From Squalus acanthias (lineage: Eukaryota), in the NCBI GenBank assembly GCA_030390025.1, contig CM059433.1, positions 14,758,001 to 14,822,000 on the forward strand: DNA of 64,000 nucleotides. Reading direction: 5' to 3'. Shown piece by piece: positions 13,301 to 26,049 of the stretch (positions are counted from its first letter, which is position 1; each line of letters begins with the position of its first letter). The notes under the pieces are model-generated. The model saw only the letters and a program-made list of their open reading frames with translations, ran no database searches and was not told the origin of the DNA. The translations under genes were made by a program, and so were the position numbers.

Positions 13301-14408
13301 TAGCGCGCACGCGATGCACTCCGGCCCCGCCCCCTTTTCGGAAGAGCAATTGCCGGTTTTCAGCGCATGCGCAGGGCATGCAGAAAACCGGCAATTGGAG
13401 TGGGAATACGCGAGAGTATGCAGTGCGTACTCTCGCGTCCCGGGATCAATTTTCGGCCCAATATATATTAATGATCTAGACGAGGGAACTAGATGTAATA
13501 TCTCCAAGTTTGCAGACGACACAAAGCTGGGTGGGCGTGTGTGTTGTGAGGAGGATGCAGAGAAACTCCAGTATGATTTGGACAAGTTGGGTGATTGGGC
13601 AGATGCATGGCAGATGCAGTATAATGTGGATAAATGCGAGGTTATCCACTTTGGTGGCAAAAACAGGAAGGCAGATTATTATCTGAATGGCAATAGATTG
13701 GGAAAAGGGGAAGTGCAACGAGACCTGGGAGTCCTTGTGCATGCAGGTGCAGCAGGCGGTTAAGGCGGCAAATGGTATGTTGGCCTTCATAGCGAGAGGA
13801 TTCGAGTACAGGAGCAAGGAGGTCTTGCTGCAGTTGTACAGGGCTTTGGTGAGACCACACCTTGAGTATTGTGTGCAGATTTGGTCACCTTATCTGAGCA
13901 AGGATGTTCTTGCCATGGAGGGAGTGCAGCGAAGATTCACCAGACTGATACCTGGGATGGCAGGCATGATGTATGAAGAGAGATTGGGTTGATTGGGGTT
14001 TTATTTGTTAGAGTTTAGAAGAATGAGAGGTGATCTCATTGAAACTTATAAAATTCTAACAGGACTAGACAGACTAGATGCAGGAAGGATGTTCCCGATG
14101 GCGGGGGAGTCCAGAACCAGGGGTCATAGTCTAAGGATAAGGGGATAAGCCATTTAGGACTGAGATGAGGAGGAATTTCTTCACCCAGAGAGTGGTGAAC
14201 CTGTGGAATTCTCTACTACAGAAGACAGTTGAGTCCAATTCAAGAAGGAGTTAGATATATTTCTTAAGGCTAAGGGGATCAAGGGATATGGGGAGAAAGC
14301 AGGGACAGGGTACTGAATTTGGATGATCAGCCATGATCGCATTGAATGGCGGAGCAGGCTCGAGGGGCCGAATGGCCTACTCCTGCTCCTATCTTCTATG
14401 CTTCTATG
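10333..14408 (+). mobile_element. Long CR1 LINE (family A): ORF1 3' remnant plus decayed ORF2 (APE-RT)
   Basis: ORFs 10776-11810 (CLNARSI, GITETWL, MGDFN, GRSDHN), 12156-12545 (YLDFQKAFDKV), 13278-13763 (FADD); ORF1 esterase-like tail upstream; TTCTATG tail; interrupted by a MITE at 12716-13459. Confidence 0.92.
12716..13459. mobile_element. MITE family M1 inserted in a CR1 RT region
   Basis: TIRs GGCCCAGAAATTGATC / GATCAATTTTCGGCCC; AAT TSD (12713-12715, 13460-13462), supported by the uninterrupted CR1 sequence CACAATATATATTAAT in the copy near 61020. Confidence 0.88.
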
Positions 14409-15280
14409 TTAACCTTCTATAATCCAGGGAGTACAAGCTGAGTTTATGTAATTTCTAATCATAATATAACCCTTGCAGCCCTGGTAACATTCTGGTGAAT
14501 CTGCACTGCTCTTCTTCCAAGGCCAATATATCCTTTCTAAGGTCCGGTGCCTAGAACTGTACACAGTGATCCAGATGTGGTCTAACCCCGGCGGGCCTTT
14601 GTATAGCTGTAGCAAAACTTCATTCCCTTTATATTCTAGGCCTCTAGTTATAAAGGCTAACATTCCATTAGCCTTTTTGATTATTTTTTGTACCGGACTA
14701 CTACATTTTAGTGATCTGTGTACAGGGACCCCTAAATCTCTTTAGACCTCCACTGTTCCTCGCTTTTCAACATTTAAATAATACTCGGATCTATCCTTTT
14801 TTGGTCCAAAATGGATGGCCTCACATTTACCCGAGTTGAAATCCATCTACCACAGTTTCGGCCACTCACTCTGTCTATCAATGTCTCTTTGTAATTTTAT
14901 GCTCCTGTCTACACTACTTACTATAACACCAATGTGTGGGTCATTGGCAAACTTGGATATATGGCTCTCTAATGTGTTTTCCAAGTCATTAATAAATATA
15001 GCGAATAGTTGAGGCCCCAACACAGATCCTTATGGGACACCACTAGTCACTTCCTTCCAATTTGAGTTCATACCCATTATCCCTACTCTCTGCCTTCTAC
15101 CAATGTCCTAACCAGGTCAATAATTAGCCTTCAATTCCATGAGCTTTCATTTTAGCTAACAGTTTCTTATGTGGAACCTTAGCGGATATCGTCTGGATGT
15201 CCGTATAACCTACATCCATAGACATTCCCCTGTCTATTACTTTAGTTACTTCCTCAAAAAATTCAATTAGGTTCGTTGGA
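14409..15280 (-). mobile_element. CR1 LINE RT fragment (right half of the copy split at 10332)
   Basis: MLAFITRGLEYKGNEVLLQLYK on the minus strand; continues 9953-10332. Confidence 0.75.
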
Positions 15281-17415
15281 CTTTACCTACACTTTACACA
15301 GTAGTTTCTAAGCTTAGATTACAAGATGGACATGGATGAGAAGGCCATTTGGCCCATCCTAGCCCATCAGTCCAGAGATATTCTACAATTTCTACATGAC
15401 AGCATCTAACTGACTCCCAGATAATTCCAGGGTTTTGCCTCCATGCCCGATCTGGCAACCCATATGTGATCATACTAGAAATATTCTGGAACATGTGAAG
15501 AAAGGGACTTCAGACTTCTTTTGATCCAAGATGGTGAAGGAAAAAAAAAAGAGTCTTTACAACCAAAATGTAGTGTGCTTCCTTGAATAAGAAAAACATA
15601 CCTGAATACTGGAAGCATGGCCCTGCTAAGAAAAGGGCTAACAAGAGATTCAAATTTAAAATAAAAACTAGACTACTGCTAATTAGAATCATCACTGAAG
15701 AGGACAGGACCTAATAAAAACCCATCATGTGAGACTCGAGTCACTTTTTAAAATAAATAGCAATAAAGCTCAAAAGGCAGAAACTGTAGAATCAGACATT
15801 GAGAAAATGAAGAAAGATCTTAAATAGGAAGGAAGTCAGATCGAAATAATTGTTACTTAAATCACCCTTAGCACTAATTTAACATGATTAAATCAATTCA
15901 AGTAGCTGTAAAGAAAATATTTGATCAAAGGCTGCATCATTGGTAGAAGATGCCTCAAAACTTTAAAAGTTTAGCTATACTTGCACCATATAAAGTCTGC
16001 ACAACAGGTATCACTTTTATATTCTTTAGGGGCTATAAACAGGAACACATCTTGCAATTTGTAGATTCTATTCTGTAACTATTTAATGCCAGCCTCTAAG
16101 CGATATATGTGCATTGATCACATAGTCATCACACATATGTTTTCTATCTGCTGCCTCTGCTATGTTGCTTATAGCACAAATAACACACACACCTCTGTAT
16201 CATCATTGTTCTTACCTGAGGTGGCGTCTATGACACAAGGAGACAGATCTCAGCAACCGATTCATTAATGTTGAGCTTCAGTGCTACGCTTGTTGCTGCT
16301 CCTCAGGCTGTTTAATAGCTAAGAAGGTGCCACGCTGCCATCAACTAGCAGAGGCATAAACATGCACAAGCGGAAAAGCAAATCCCTGCTGGCTGGAGTT
16401 CAGTTAGTGAGGGAGCACTGGCAGCTTCCACGAGCTGTTGCACATTGGAATGTGCAAAGGAAATGAAAAGACCAATCAGAAGCTGTTTATATCCAGGCAA
16501 GGACCTCCACAGCTGCATCTGTGCACAGGAAATACTTAAAGCTTAATCTGTTCATCTGATCCTCTCTTTAATGTCAGAATCATTGAAGTCAAATTGAATA
16601 TCAAATATTCACTTATTAGTTTTTTTTTAAAATCAGACATGACATGCCAAAAATGACCAAAGAGTGATTCACCATGTTTTGTGAAAAAGTAATACATTGG
16701 AAATGGTGGGACAATTTATACATGCTTATATTTAAAAGGATGAACAAGTGCTTTTATAACATTGTGAAATTCAACAATAAAATGAGCTTTGTAGCAATCA
16801 TTCACTTGGTTGTAGCTACATAAGTACAGCAAATCTTATTCCCTTCTCATTAGATATAATACATAAAATGTCACTTAAGACCCATACTAAATAACCCTTC
16901 AGTATTTGTAGCAAAATTTAAAAGTAATTTTGATTAAAGGAAACTCTTTAATCATTTCCTGTAATACTTCCCCAATTTAGAATTATTAATTTAAATTAAT
17001 ATGGCTTGATGGAAAAAAAACATCAATTTGAGTCTTTTGAATCCAGCTTTGCAACAGTACATCTCAAAAAAATGTTATATTAAGTATATTATGATGGTGA
17101 ACTTGATACAGATAAACATAGGCAAATGTAGCAAAAAATATGGGGAGCGTTGTAATCTTCTGTTTTAGTTAGCATAACAGAAAGTTTGATTGCTGTGCAA
17201 TCCAGACGATTTAGCTGCAAATTTATTAATTTTCTTAAACTTAGAGCCATTTTGAATATCAATGTAAACACCACACTGATTTTGTTTGGTCATGCTTTTT
17301 TGCAAAATTAGAGGCCAGTTAAAAGCCAGATTCGAATGAAGTTACTGTAGTCCCAAGTTACTTGTTGGCCCAGAGGAAACCAGATTACACACATCAGGGT
17401 AGTAATTACTGTGTA

Positions 17416-17985
17416 CTCTTTTTTTTAGTGCAACCAAAAAATCAAACAAACTTAACAAAAACACATTAAATGAAACTTAACAACTTAAATTAAAATTTGG
17501 TTGCTGGGGGTGATGATGCACTCCAGTCCCCGCGGTGCCCACCGGTCGCGGAAGGCCTCGAGCGTGCCGGCGGACACCGCGTGCTCCATCTCCAGGGCCA
17601 CCCGGCCGCAAACGTGGTTCGCGGAAGAGAGGCGGGCAGTCGGGCCGAACGACCCCCCTCCACCGCCCGCTGCCTGGACCAGTTGATGGCCACTTTGGCC
17701 AGGCCCAGGAGCAGTCCTACGAGGAGGTCCCCCCCAACCTGCCCGCTCCCCTCCGCACCGGGTGACCAAAGATCAGGAGCGTGGGACTTAAGTGCAATCA
17801 AAAACTGAGGAGCAGCCCCTTCAAATAATGGAAGAGAGGCTGCAACCTCTCACATTCTACGTACACGTGGAACAAGGACTCCTCCAGGCTGCAGAAAAGG
17901 CAGGAGGCCTGGGAGTCCGTAAACCTACTTAAAACCTTATTGCACGGGACTGCCCTGTGCAACACCCTCCAGGCCAAGACCCCAA
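17416..17985 (-). mobile_element. Tx1-clade LINE 3' end, copy 1
   Basis: Minus-strand ORF2 C-terminus LLVGLLLGLAKVAIN...ALEMEHAVSAGTLEAFRDRWAP with a Cys/His finger upstream; flanked by the repeat TAGTAATTACTGTGTA. Confidence 0.75.
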
Positions 17986-18001
17986 TAGTAATTACTGTGT
18001 A

Positions 18002-19912
18002 CTCTTCTGGTTAAAACAATAAAACTGTAACTTAACTTAAAACATTAAAAGAACCTTAACAACTTAAATTAAAATTCTATTCCCAGGGGCAATGATGCAC
18101 TCCAGTCCCTGCGGTGCCCACGGGTCGTGGAAGGCCTCGAGCGTGCCGGCGGACACCGCGTGCTCCATCTCCAAGGCCACCCAGGCGCGAACATGGCCAT
18201 GGAAGAGAGAACATAAGAATGTAAGAAGTAAGAGCAGGAGTAGGCCATATGGCCCCTCGAGCCTGCTCCGCCATTCAATAAGATCATGGCTAATCATCGA
18301 CCTCAACTCCAATTTCCCGCCCGATCTCCATATCCCTTGATTCCCCTAGAGTCCAAAAATCTATCTATCTCAGCCTTGAATATACTCAAAGACTCAGCAT
18401 TCACAGCCCTCTGGGGCAGAGAATTCCAAAGATTCACAGTGAAGAAATTCCTCCTCATCTCAGTCTTAAATGGCCGACACCTTATCCTGAGACTATGCCC
18501 CCTAGTTCTAGACACTCCAGCCAGGGGAAACAACCTCTCAGCATTTACCCTGTCAATCCCCTTCAGAATCTTGTATGTTTCAATGCAATCACCTCTCATT
18601 CTTCTAAACTCCAGAGAGTATAGGCCCATTCTACACAATCTCTCATCGTAGGACAGCCCTCTCATCTCAGGAATCAATCTAGTGAACATTCGTTGCACCG
18701 CCTCCAAGGGAACTATATCCTTCCTTAGTACTCCAGGTGTGGTCTCACCAAGGCCCTGTACAATTGTAGCAAAACTTCCTTACTCTTATACTCCAACCCC
18801 CTTGCAATAAGGGCCAACATGCCATTTGCCTTCCTTATTGCTTGCTGTACCTGCATGCTAGCTTTCTGTGTTTCTTGCACGAGGACACCCAAATCTTTCT
18901 GAACACCAACATTTGAAAGTTTCTCACCATTTAAAAAATATTCTGTTTTTCTATTCTTCCTACCAAAGTGAATAACCTCACATTTCCCAACATTATACTC
19001 CATCTGCCACCTTACTGCCCACTCACTTAGTCTATCTATATCCCTTTGCAGACTTATTCTCCTCACAGCTTACTGTCCCACCTAACTTTGTACCCTCAGC
19101 AAACTTGGATACATTACACTCAGTCCCTTCATCTAGGTCATTAATACAGATTGTAAATAGCTGAGGCCCCAACACTGATCCTTGCGGCACCCCACTAGTT
19201 ACAGCCTGCCAAACTGAAAAAGATCCGTTTATCCTTACTCTCTGTTTTCTGTCCATTAACCAATCCTCTATCCATGCTACTATATTACCCCCAAACCCAT
19301 GAGCCCCAATCTTGTGTAATAACCTTTTATGTGGCACCTTATCGAATGCCTTTTGAAAATCCAAATATACTACATCTACTGGTTCACCTTTATCTACCCT
19401 GCTAGTTACATCCTCAAAAAACGCTAATAAATTTGTCAAACATGATTTCCCTTTCATAAAACCATGTTGACTCTGCCGAATCATGTTATGATTTTCTAAG
19501 TGACTTGATACCACTTCCAGCATTTTCCCGACGACTGATGTCAGGTCGGCAGTCAGAGGCAGGCAGTCGGGCCGAACGCCCCCCCTTGTTCGCCCGCTGC
19601 CTTGACCAGTTGATGGCCACTTTGGCCAGGCCCAGGAGCAGTCCCACGAGGAGATCCCTCCCAACCTGCCCGCTCCCCTCCACACCGGGTGACCAAAGAT
19701 TAGGAGCTTGGGACTGAAGTGCAGCCAAAAATTGAGGAGCAGCCCCTTCAAATAGTGGAAGAGGGGCTGCATCCTCTCACATTCTACGTACACGTGGAAC
19801 ACGGACTCCTCCAGGCCGCAAAAAAGGCAGGCAGCCTGGGAATCCGTAAAGCTACTTAAAACTTTATTGCACGGGACTGCCCCGTGCAACACCCTCCAGG
19901 CCAAGTCCCCAA
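18002..19912 (-). mobile_element. Tx1-clade LINE 3' end, copy 2 (split by a CR1)
   Basis: GDLAWRVLHGAVPCN...CLFCGLEESVFHVYVEC (19550-19912) and ALEMEHAVSAGTLEAF (18064-18205). Confidence 0.75.
18209..19546 (-). mobile_element. CR1 LINE 3' half inserted in Tx1 copy 2
   Basis: YLDFQKAFDKVPH, GVPQGSVLGP and WNSLPQ on the minus strand, with a CR1 tail. Confidence 0.88.
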
Positions 19913-20653
19913 TAGTAATTACTATGTAGTATGTAATGTAAAGGTGCTTAAGTATTGACAGATGCATTCACTTTTGAGTCCACTTACACTACAACTGTCA
20001 TATCAGAGGGAGTCTCAATCTGTTTTGGAGTCAGTTGGGACCTTGGCATCCGATTTGCACTAAACTTCTTGCTTTAATGCTTGACTTACACTGCACAACT
20101 TGAGTGTCAGTGTGATGCTGTCATTGCTTCACAATGACTCTAACTTATAGTGCAACCTGAAAACCAAATGGCATTAAATCTGTCTGCGATTCTGAAACTA
20201 GTTCATCCATAGTCTCGTGTCCAGTCTTCAAAATTCCAACACACAGATTCAAGAAATAAAAGTGCAGAAAAAAACTAGGGCAATAATAATGCGCAGTCCC
20301 TTCATGTGGTTAGCATTCTTTGTAAACATGATAAAACTGAATAGTCACTAAATGTACAACTTATATCTGGTAGGATGCCAACCAGCTTTTGTTTTTATTA
20401 CATTGTTAAGCCATTCAATTTAAATAATTCTAATCCTTTCCAAAATGCCTAATCAAAAGGTCAATTGTCTATTGGAACCACTTCAAACGATGCTTTTGGC
20501 TGCAGTTATACTTCATCACTGATCTACAACTAGTAGCTGCGGTCTGAGTCTGTAACTGGCAGCAGTCCATGGAGCTGCACTCCTGCTACTATGAGAGAGC
20601 TTTACTCATGCCTATATTGCGAACAAACTCTGTTCCTGGTCAGTAAACTTTGA

Positions 20654-21653
20654 GGGGGTTATTTTGGTGAAAGGGTGGAAACAGGTGCTAAATGGGTGCT
20701 GTACTAATAAGACAATCCTGTTTGAAAGGCTGGTTTTATCACACAACTTTGGTCCTAATTGCGGATTACCATAATTTGAACTTGCCTGGAAACGCTAACC
20801 AGAAACCTGCTCAAGCGCTGATTAGACGCAATTTTCGTGGAGCAGTATATGTGGGCTCCACGCACCCACTTCCACTGAAGGTGTGGAGTGGGCTGGTTGA
20901 CACACAGCAGCAGGTTTCAGGATGGCTCATGGGTCGAGTGAGAGGGCGCACAGGTTCTCGAACGTGGCACTCTTAGTGGAGGAGGTCCAGAGGAGGAGTG
21001 ATGTCCTGAGTCCCCCTCGCCCTCCTGTCCCTCTCTCCTGCAGCAGCTCTGCCTGGCCTCATGTCCTCCTCCCATTCCTCCTGCTGATCAAGGGGGACCC
21101 CTAGCAAGATGCCCATGACCAAGCACTCCCTTTCTCTGGGTGACTCCTATAAAGGTGTCCAATCGGTAAGGTAGCACAGCACTCACTCTTTTTAGGTGAA
21201 GTCCTCAGAGAATTTGTGGAATAAATGTTGAGAGAGTGTTGGTGAAGTCTTGACAAAGTGTCCCAGAACGTCTCCTGATGTGTTTCAAAAGACCTCTTCA
21301 AACCTCCAGCAGCAAGTGAACAGTAAACTGTGATATACCGTTAAGTAGCGCGCAAAATCCTCAGCAACAACTTGTTTACTGTTAATCAGCTTATTAGGAG
21401 AGGGCGTTAAGTCAAATGCTGTCCATCAACGTGCTGTGCAGCCTCATTAATGAGCAATAGCAGGCAATTTAAGTGAAAATCAGCCCCTTAATGATCCTCC
21501 AGGCGGCCGTTCCTAGCGCAAGTTTCAACTCCTTTACCAAGATGGCGTCTTGCGCTAAACGTGGGCTAAACCGGAATTTCAGCTCATGGACTCCCCACCT
21601 TGGCCACCTCGGAGGCCCTTCAGCACCTGAAGGAGCCGTCAAATATCGCCCCC
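20654..21653 (+). mobile_element. PIF/Harbinger deletion derivative with Myb/SANT-like remnant
   Basis: TIRs GGGGGTTATTTT / AAATATCGCCCCC; TGA TSD (20651-20653, 21654-21656); ERAHRFSNVALLVEEVQRRSDVL resembles the start of a Harbinger Myb/SANT-like ORF. Confidence 0.75.
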
Positions 21654-21810
21654 TGAATATTTTGAGAGGGCCGACAAAAGCTGTCGTTTTCTTAAAATAT
21701 TGTTAAGAAATCTCTGCTTTAGTAGATACAGCACCCAAGAGCTATACTGTCACTTTTTGCAGTTTTCTATGCAGTGATAACCTCAGGTCGCACATTCACT
21801 TTCCAAACGT

Positions 21811-24450
21811 GTCAGCCGCGTCTCAGTCGTAGTACTCTCGCCTGAGTCAGAAGATCGTGAGTTCAAATCTCACTCTAGAGACTTGAGCACATAATCTAGG
21901 CTGACTCTTGAGTACAGAACTGAGGGAGTACTACACTGTCAGAGGTGCCGTCTGTTGGATAAGAAGTTAAACTGAGGCCCCTTTAGTCTGCCCTCTCAGG
22001 TGGATATGATAGAATAGAATTAATATGATATAATTTTATATTTTATATTGAGTTTGAAAGTGATTTAGTTCAATCCGAAACTAGATTCTTAAATCTAAAC
22101 AAAGCAAACTATGTAGGTATGAGGGGCAAGTTGGCCAAGGTAGATTGGGAAACTACATTAAAAGGTATGATGGTAGACAAGCAATGGCTAGCATTTAAAG
22201 AATTAATGCATCATTTACAACAAATATACATTCCTTTAAGGTACAAAAACCCCACAGGAAAAGTGGTCCAACCGTGGCTAACAAGAGAAGTTAAAGATAG
22301 TATTAGATCGAAGGAACAGGCTTATAATGTTGCCAAAAAGAGTAGTAAGCCTGAGGATTGGGAGGATTTTAGAATTCAGCAAAGGAGGACCAAGAATTTG
22401 ATAAGGAAAGAGAAAATAGAATATGAGAGTAAACTAGCGCGAGACATAAAAACAGACTGTAAAAGCTTCTATAGGTATGTAAAAAGGAAAAGATTAACTA
22501 AAGTAAATGTGGGTCCTTTCCAGGCTGAGACAGGAGAAATTATAATAGGGAATAAGGAAATGGCAGAGAAATTAAACAAATACTTTGTGTCTTTCTTCAT
22601 GGAAGAAGACACAAAAACTTCTCGGAAATAGTGGAGAACCAAGGGTCTAGTGAGAATGAGGAACTGAAATACATTAGTATTAGTAAAAAAATAAGTACTG
22701 GAGAAATTAATGGGACTGAAAGCCAATAAATCCACTGGACCTGATGGCCTACATCCTAGGGTTTTGAAAGAGGTGGCGAAAGAGATAGTTGATGCATTGG
22801 TTGTCATTTTCCAAAATTCCACATATTCTAGAACAGTTCCCGTGGATTGGAAGGTAGCAAATGTAACCCCATTATTTAAGAAAGGAGGGAGAGAGAAAAC
22901 AGGGAACTACAGACCAGTTAGCCTGACATCAGTAGCAGGGAAGATGCTAGAATCTATTATTAAGGACGTGGTAACAGGGCACTTAGAAAATAATAATAGG
23001 ATGGGGCAGAGTCAACACGGATTTATGAAAGGGAAATTGTGTTTGACAAATCTATTAGAGTTTTTTGAGGTTGTAACTAGCAGAATAGATTGGTTAACGG
23101 AGAGAAAACAAAGAGTAGGAATAAATGGGTCATTTTCGGGTTGGCAGGCTGTAACTAGTGGGGTACAGCAAGGATCAGTGCTTGGGCCTCAGCTATTCAC
23201 AATCTACATCGATGATTTGGATGAGGGGACCAAATGTAATATATCCAAGTTTGCTGATGATACAAAGCTGGGTGGGAATGTAAGTTGTGAGGAGGATGCA
23301 AGGAGGCTTCAAGGGGATATTGACAAGCTAAGTGAGTGGGCAAGAACATGGCAAATGGAATATAATGTGGACAAATGTGAAGTTATCCACTTTGGTAGGA
23401 AAAATAGAAAAACAGAGTATTTTTCAAATGGTGAGAGATTGGGAAATGTTGGTGTTCAGAGGGACCTGGGTGTCCTTGTACACGAATCACTGAAAGTTAA
23501 CATGCAGGTACAGCAAGCAATTAGGAAAGCAAATGATATGTTGGCCTTTATTACAAGAGAATTTGAGTATAAGAGTAGACATCTTACTGCAATTATATAG
23601 GGTCCTGGTGAGACCACACCTGGAATATTGTGTACAGTTTTGGTCTCCTTACCTAAGGAAGGATATACTTGCCACAGAGGGAGTGCAACAAAGGTTCACC
23701 AGACTGGTTCCTGGGATGGGGGTATTGTCCTATGAGGAGAGATTGAGTAGACTAGGCCTATATTCTCTGGAGTTTAGAAGAATGAGAGGTGATCTGATTG
23801 AATCATACAAAATTCTTACAGGGCTTGACAGGATAGATGCAGGGAGGATGTTTCCCCTGGCTGGGGAGTCTAGAACCAGGGGTCACAGTCTCAGAATAAG
23901 GAGTCGGCCATTTAGGACTGAGATGAGGAGAAATTGCTTCACTCAGAGGGTGGTGAATCTTTGGAATTCTCTACCTCAGAGGGCTGTGGAGGCTCAGTCG
24001 TTGAGTATATTCAAGACAGAGATCGATAGATTTTTGAATAATAAGGGAATCAAGGGATATGGAGATAGTGCTGGAAAGTGGAGTTGAGGTAGAAGATCAG
24101 CCATGATCTTATTGAATGGCAGAGCAGGCTCAAAGGGCCAAATGGCCGACTCCTGCTCCTATTTCTTATGTTCTTATGACATAAAAGATCCCGTGGCACT
24201 ATTTCGAGGACAAGCAAGGGAATTCTTCCCAGTGTCCTGGCCAATATTTATCCCCTCAACCAACATAACCAAAACAGATTATCTGGTCATTTATCTCATT
24301 GCTGTGGGAGCTTGCTGTGTGCAAAACAGCTGCTGTATTTTCTACATTACAACAGTGACTACACTTCAAAAGTACTTCATTAGCTGTATTGTGCTTTCAG
24401 ATGTCCTGAGGTCCTGAAAAGGGTTATTTAATACAAGTTTGTTCTTTCTT
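21811..24450 (+). mobile_element. Deu-domain tRNA-SINE split by a CR1 (head 21811-22005, body 24178-24450)
   Basis: Head with GTTCAAATC B box ends at CAGGTGGAT; body resumes at ATAAAAGATCCCGTGGCACTATTTCG after the CR1 tail. Confidence 0.7.
22025..24177 (+). mobile_element. CR1 LINE, decayed ORF2
   Basis: ORFs 22119-22631, 22710-23600 (FADD) and 23533-24087; internal deletion in RT; TTATGTTCTTATG tail. Confidence 0.9.
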
Positions 24451-24849
24451 TAATGACAGAAAGTTGCTGAGAATCCTGTCAACTTGTTTATTTTATTTGT
24501 TCTGGTTTTTATTATCAATTTTCTCCCATGCTTTCCTCTCCTGAAGCATAAACTCCTCACTGGAGCAGCAGATGCTCTTTGCCACTTTGCTCAACTGAAC
24601 ATTATTCGTGTGTGAGCCTTCACAATGAATGTAGGCAGGCTGTGCATCCAAGGGGCATCACATTCAGGTCTTTTTCTGCCCCTATCTGACATCTCCACCC
24701 ATGTACAGTTTCCCCAGATATCACGGATTAGTGATTAGGAGCGGAACCCCGAACTAATTTTCTTCCTTCCTCATCCAGGGATGTAGAGGTCAATTGTAAA
24801 ACTCCTACAGCAAGGTAGAGGGGTTGAGAAAAAAGGTTCCAGAATGCAT

Positions 24850-25017
24850 GGAGATAGATAGATTTCTAGACACAAAAGGCATCAAGGGGTATGGGGAGAG
24901 AGTGGGAATATGGTATTGAGATAGAGGATCAGCCATGATCTTATTGAATGGCAGAGCAGGCTCGAATGGCCGAATGGCCTACTCCTGCTCCTATTTTTCT
25001 ATGTTTCTATGTTCTAT
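24850..25017 (+). mobile_element. CR1 3' tail
   Basis: GATCAGCCATGATCTTATTGAATGGC...(TTCTATG)n. Confidence 0.8.
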
Positions 25018-25029
25018 GCATGGGCATGA

Positions 25030-26040
25030 AGATGGGTACCCTGCCACTGATAGTGAAGTGGAGGGGGAATGCACAATAGACCACAATCAGAAAAGCAGAT
25101 GGTGTGAACTGAGAAGGGGGTTGCAGAGTTTGTGTGCAGCAAGGTCAGGAAAGGATTTGTAAACAAGAATATTGAAATCAGTGCGCTGGGGGAACCGCAT
25201 AGTCATCTGCAAAGATAGAGGTGATCGGTTACCAGCACTCAGTGCAAGATAGGAAGCAAAAGACAAAATTCTGGATGAGCTGTAAATTTCACATGGTGAA
25301 AATGGGGAGAACAGCAATGAGAAGCCAGTGAGAGTTTCAGCAGCAGTGGAGTGAGATAGGGGTAGAGGCAGGGAATATTAATGAGGTGGTAATTGTTATG
25401 GAGCAGTTGTGGGGTTTGAGGCTCAGCTCAGGGTCAGATAGGACAATTACTTTGCTCACCACCAGGTTCAGCCTTCGTTATCCAGCTGGAGGGAAAGGTG
25501 GCATCAGTGGTGAATGTGCAAAGCTGCTGTTAGGAGCCAAGCAGGATAGTTTTAGTTTTGGTAATGCCCAATTTGCCATCAGGCAGGCAGGCGGACAGCA
25601 CGGCAACAGTTGTGGAGTAGAGAAAGTGGCAGATAGGTAACACGGGTGTCATTGTCGTAAGTATGGAAGCTGACCCCAAACACACAGTTAATAGAGGCAC
25701 GCACATACATAAGGAATAGGGAATCCCAGTCATGTTAAAATTGACTTAAGCATGCATGGGAAGAGAACCTATTACAGGAGATGTGCTGACTGAGTCTGGG
25801 ACTGGTGCAAATTAAATCATGAAAGGGTTGTAGAGGAATAAGGTGCTGCGATCACAATCACACAATATTATTGACTACTTTGACCAGGGTGCTCTCGTTG
25901 CTGCCAGCAGACTGAAGGGATTTGAATAGGAAATAGTGGGAGAGGTGGGTTCAGAGTCGTTGGCAATAACTCACTTGAGGACCTTAGCATTGTCTTCAGT
26001 GGAAGTTTGAGATGAACAGCAGGTGGAAAGGACAGAGTGG
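25030..26040 (-). mobile_element. Highly decayed L2-like RT fragment
   Basis: Minus strand near 25870-25905 resembles the SxETALxKV motif; similar decayed sequence at 27545-28060 and 52440-52740. Confidence 0.35.
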
Positions 26041-26049
26041 GGTCAAGAG

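Noticed and set aside
13278..13763. 161-aa ORF with a novel N-terminus on an RT fragment
   Set aside because: Read-through from the MITE end into CR1; no sign of a gene.
17400..19928. Three-copy direct repeat as a CRISPR-like array
   Set aside because: Intervening sequences are homologous LINE fragments of 0.6-1.9 kb in eukaryotic DNA; no cas genes.
19032..19967. 311-aa ORF that looks like a zinc-finger/RT fusion
   Set aside because: Chance in-frame junction of Tx1 copy 2 and the CR1 inserted into it; domain order is not functional.
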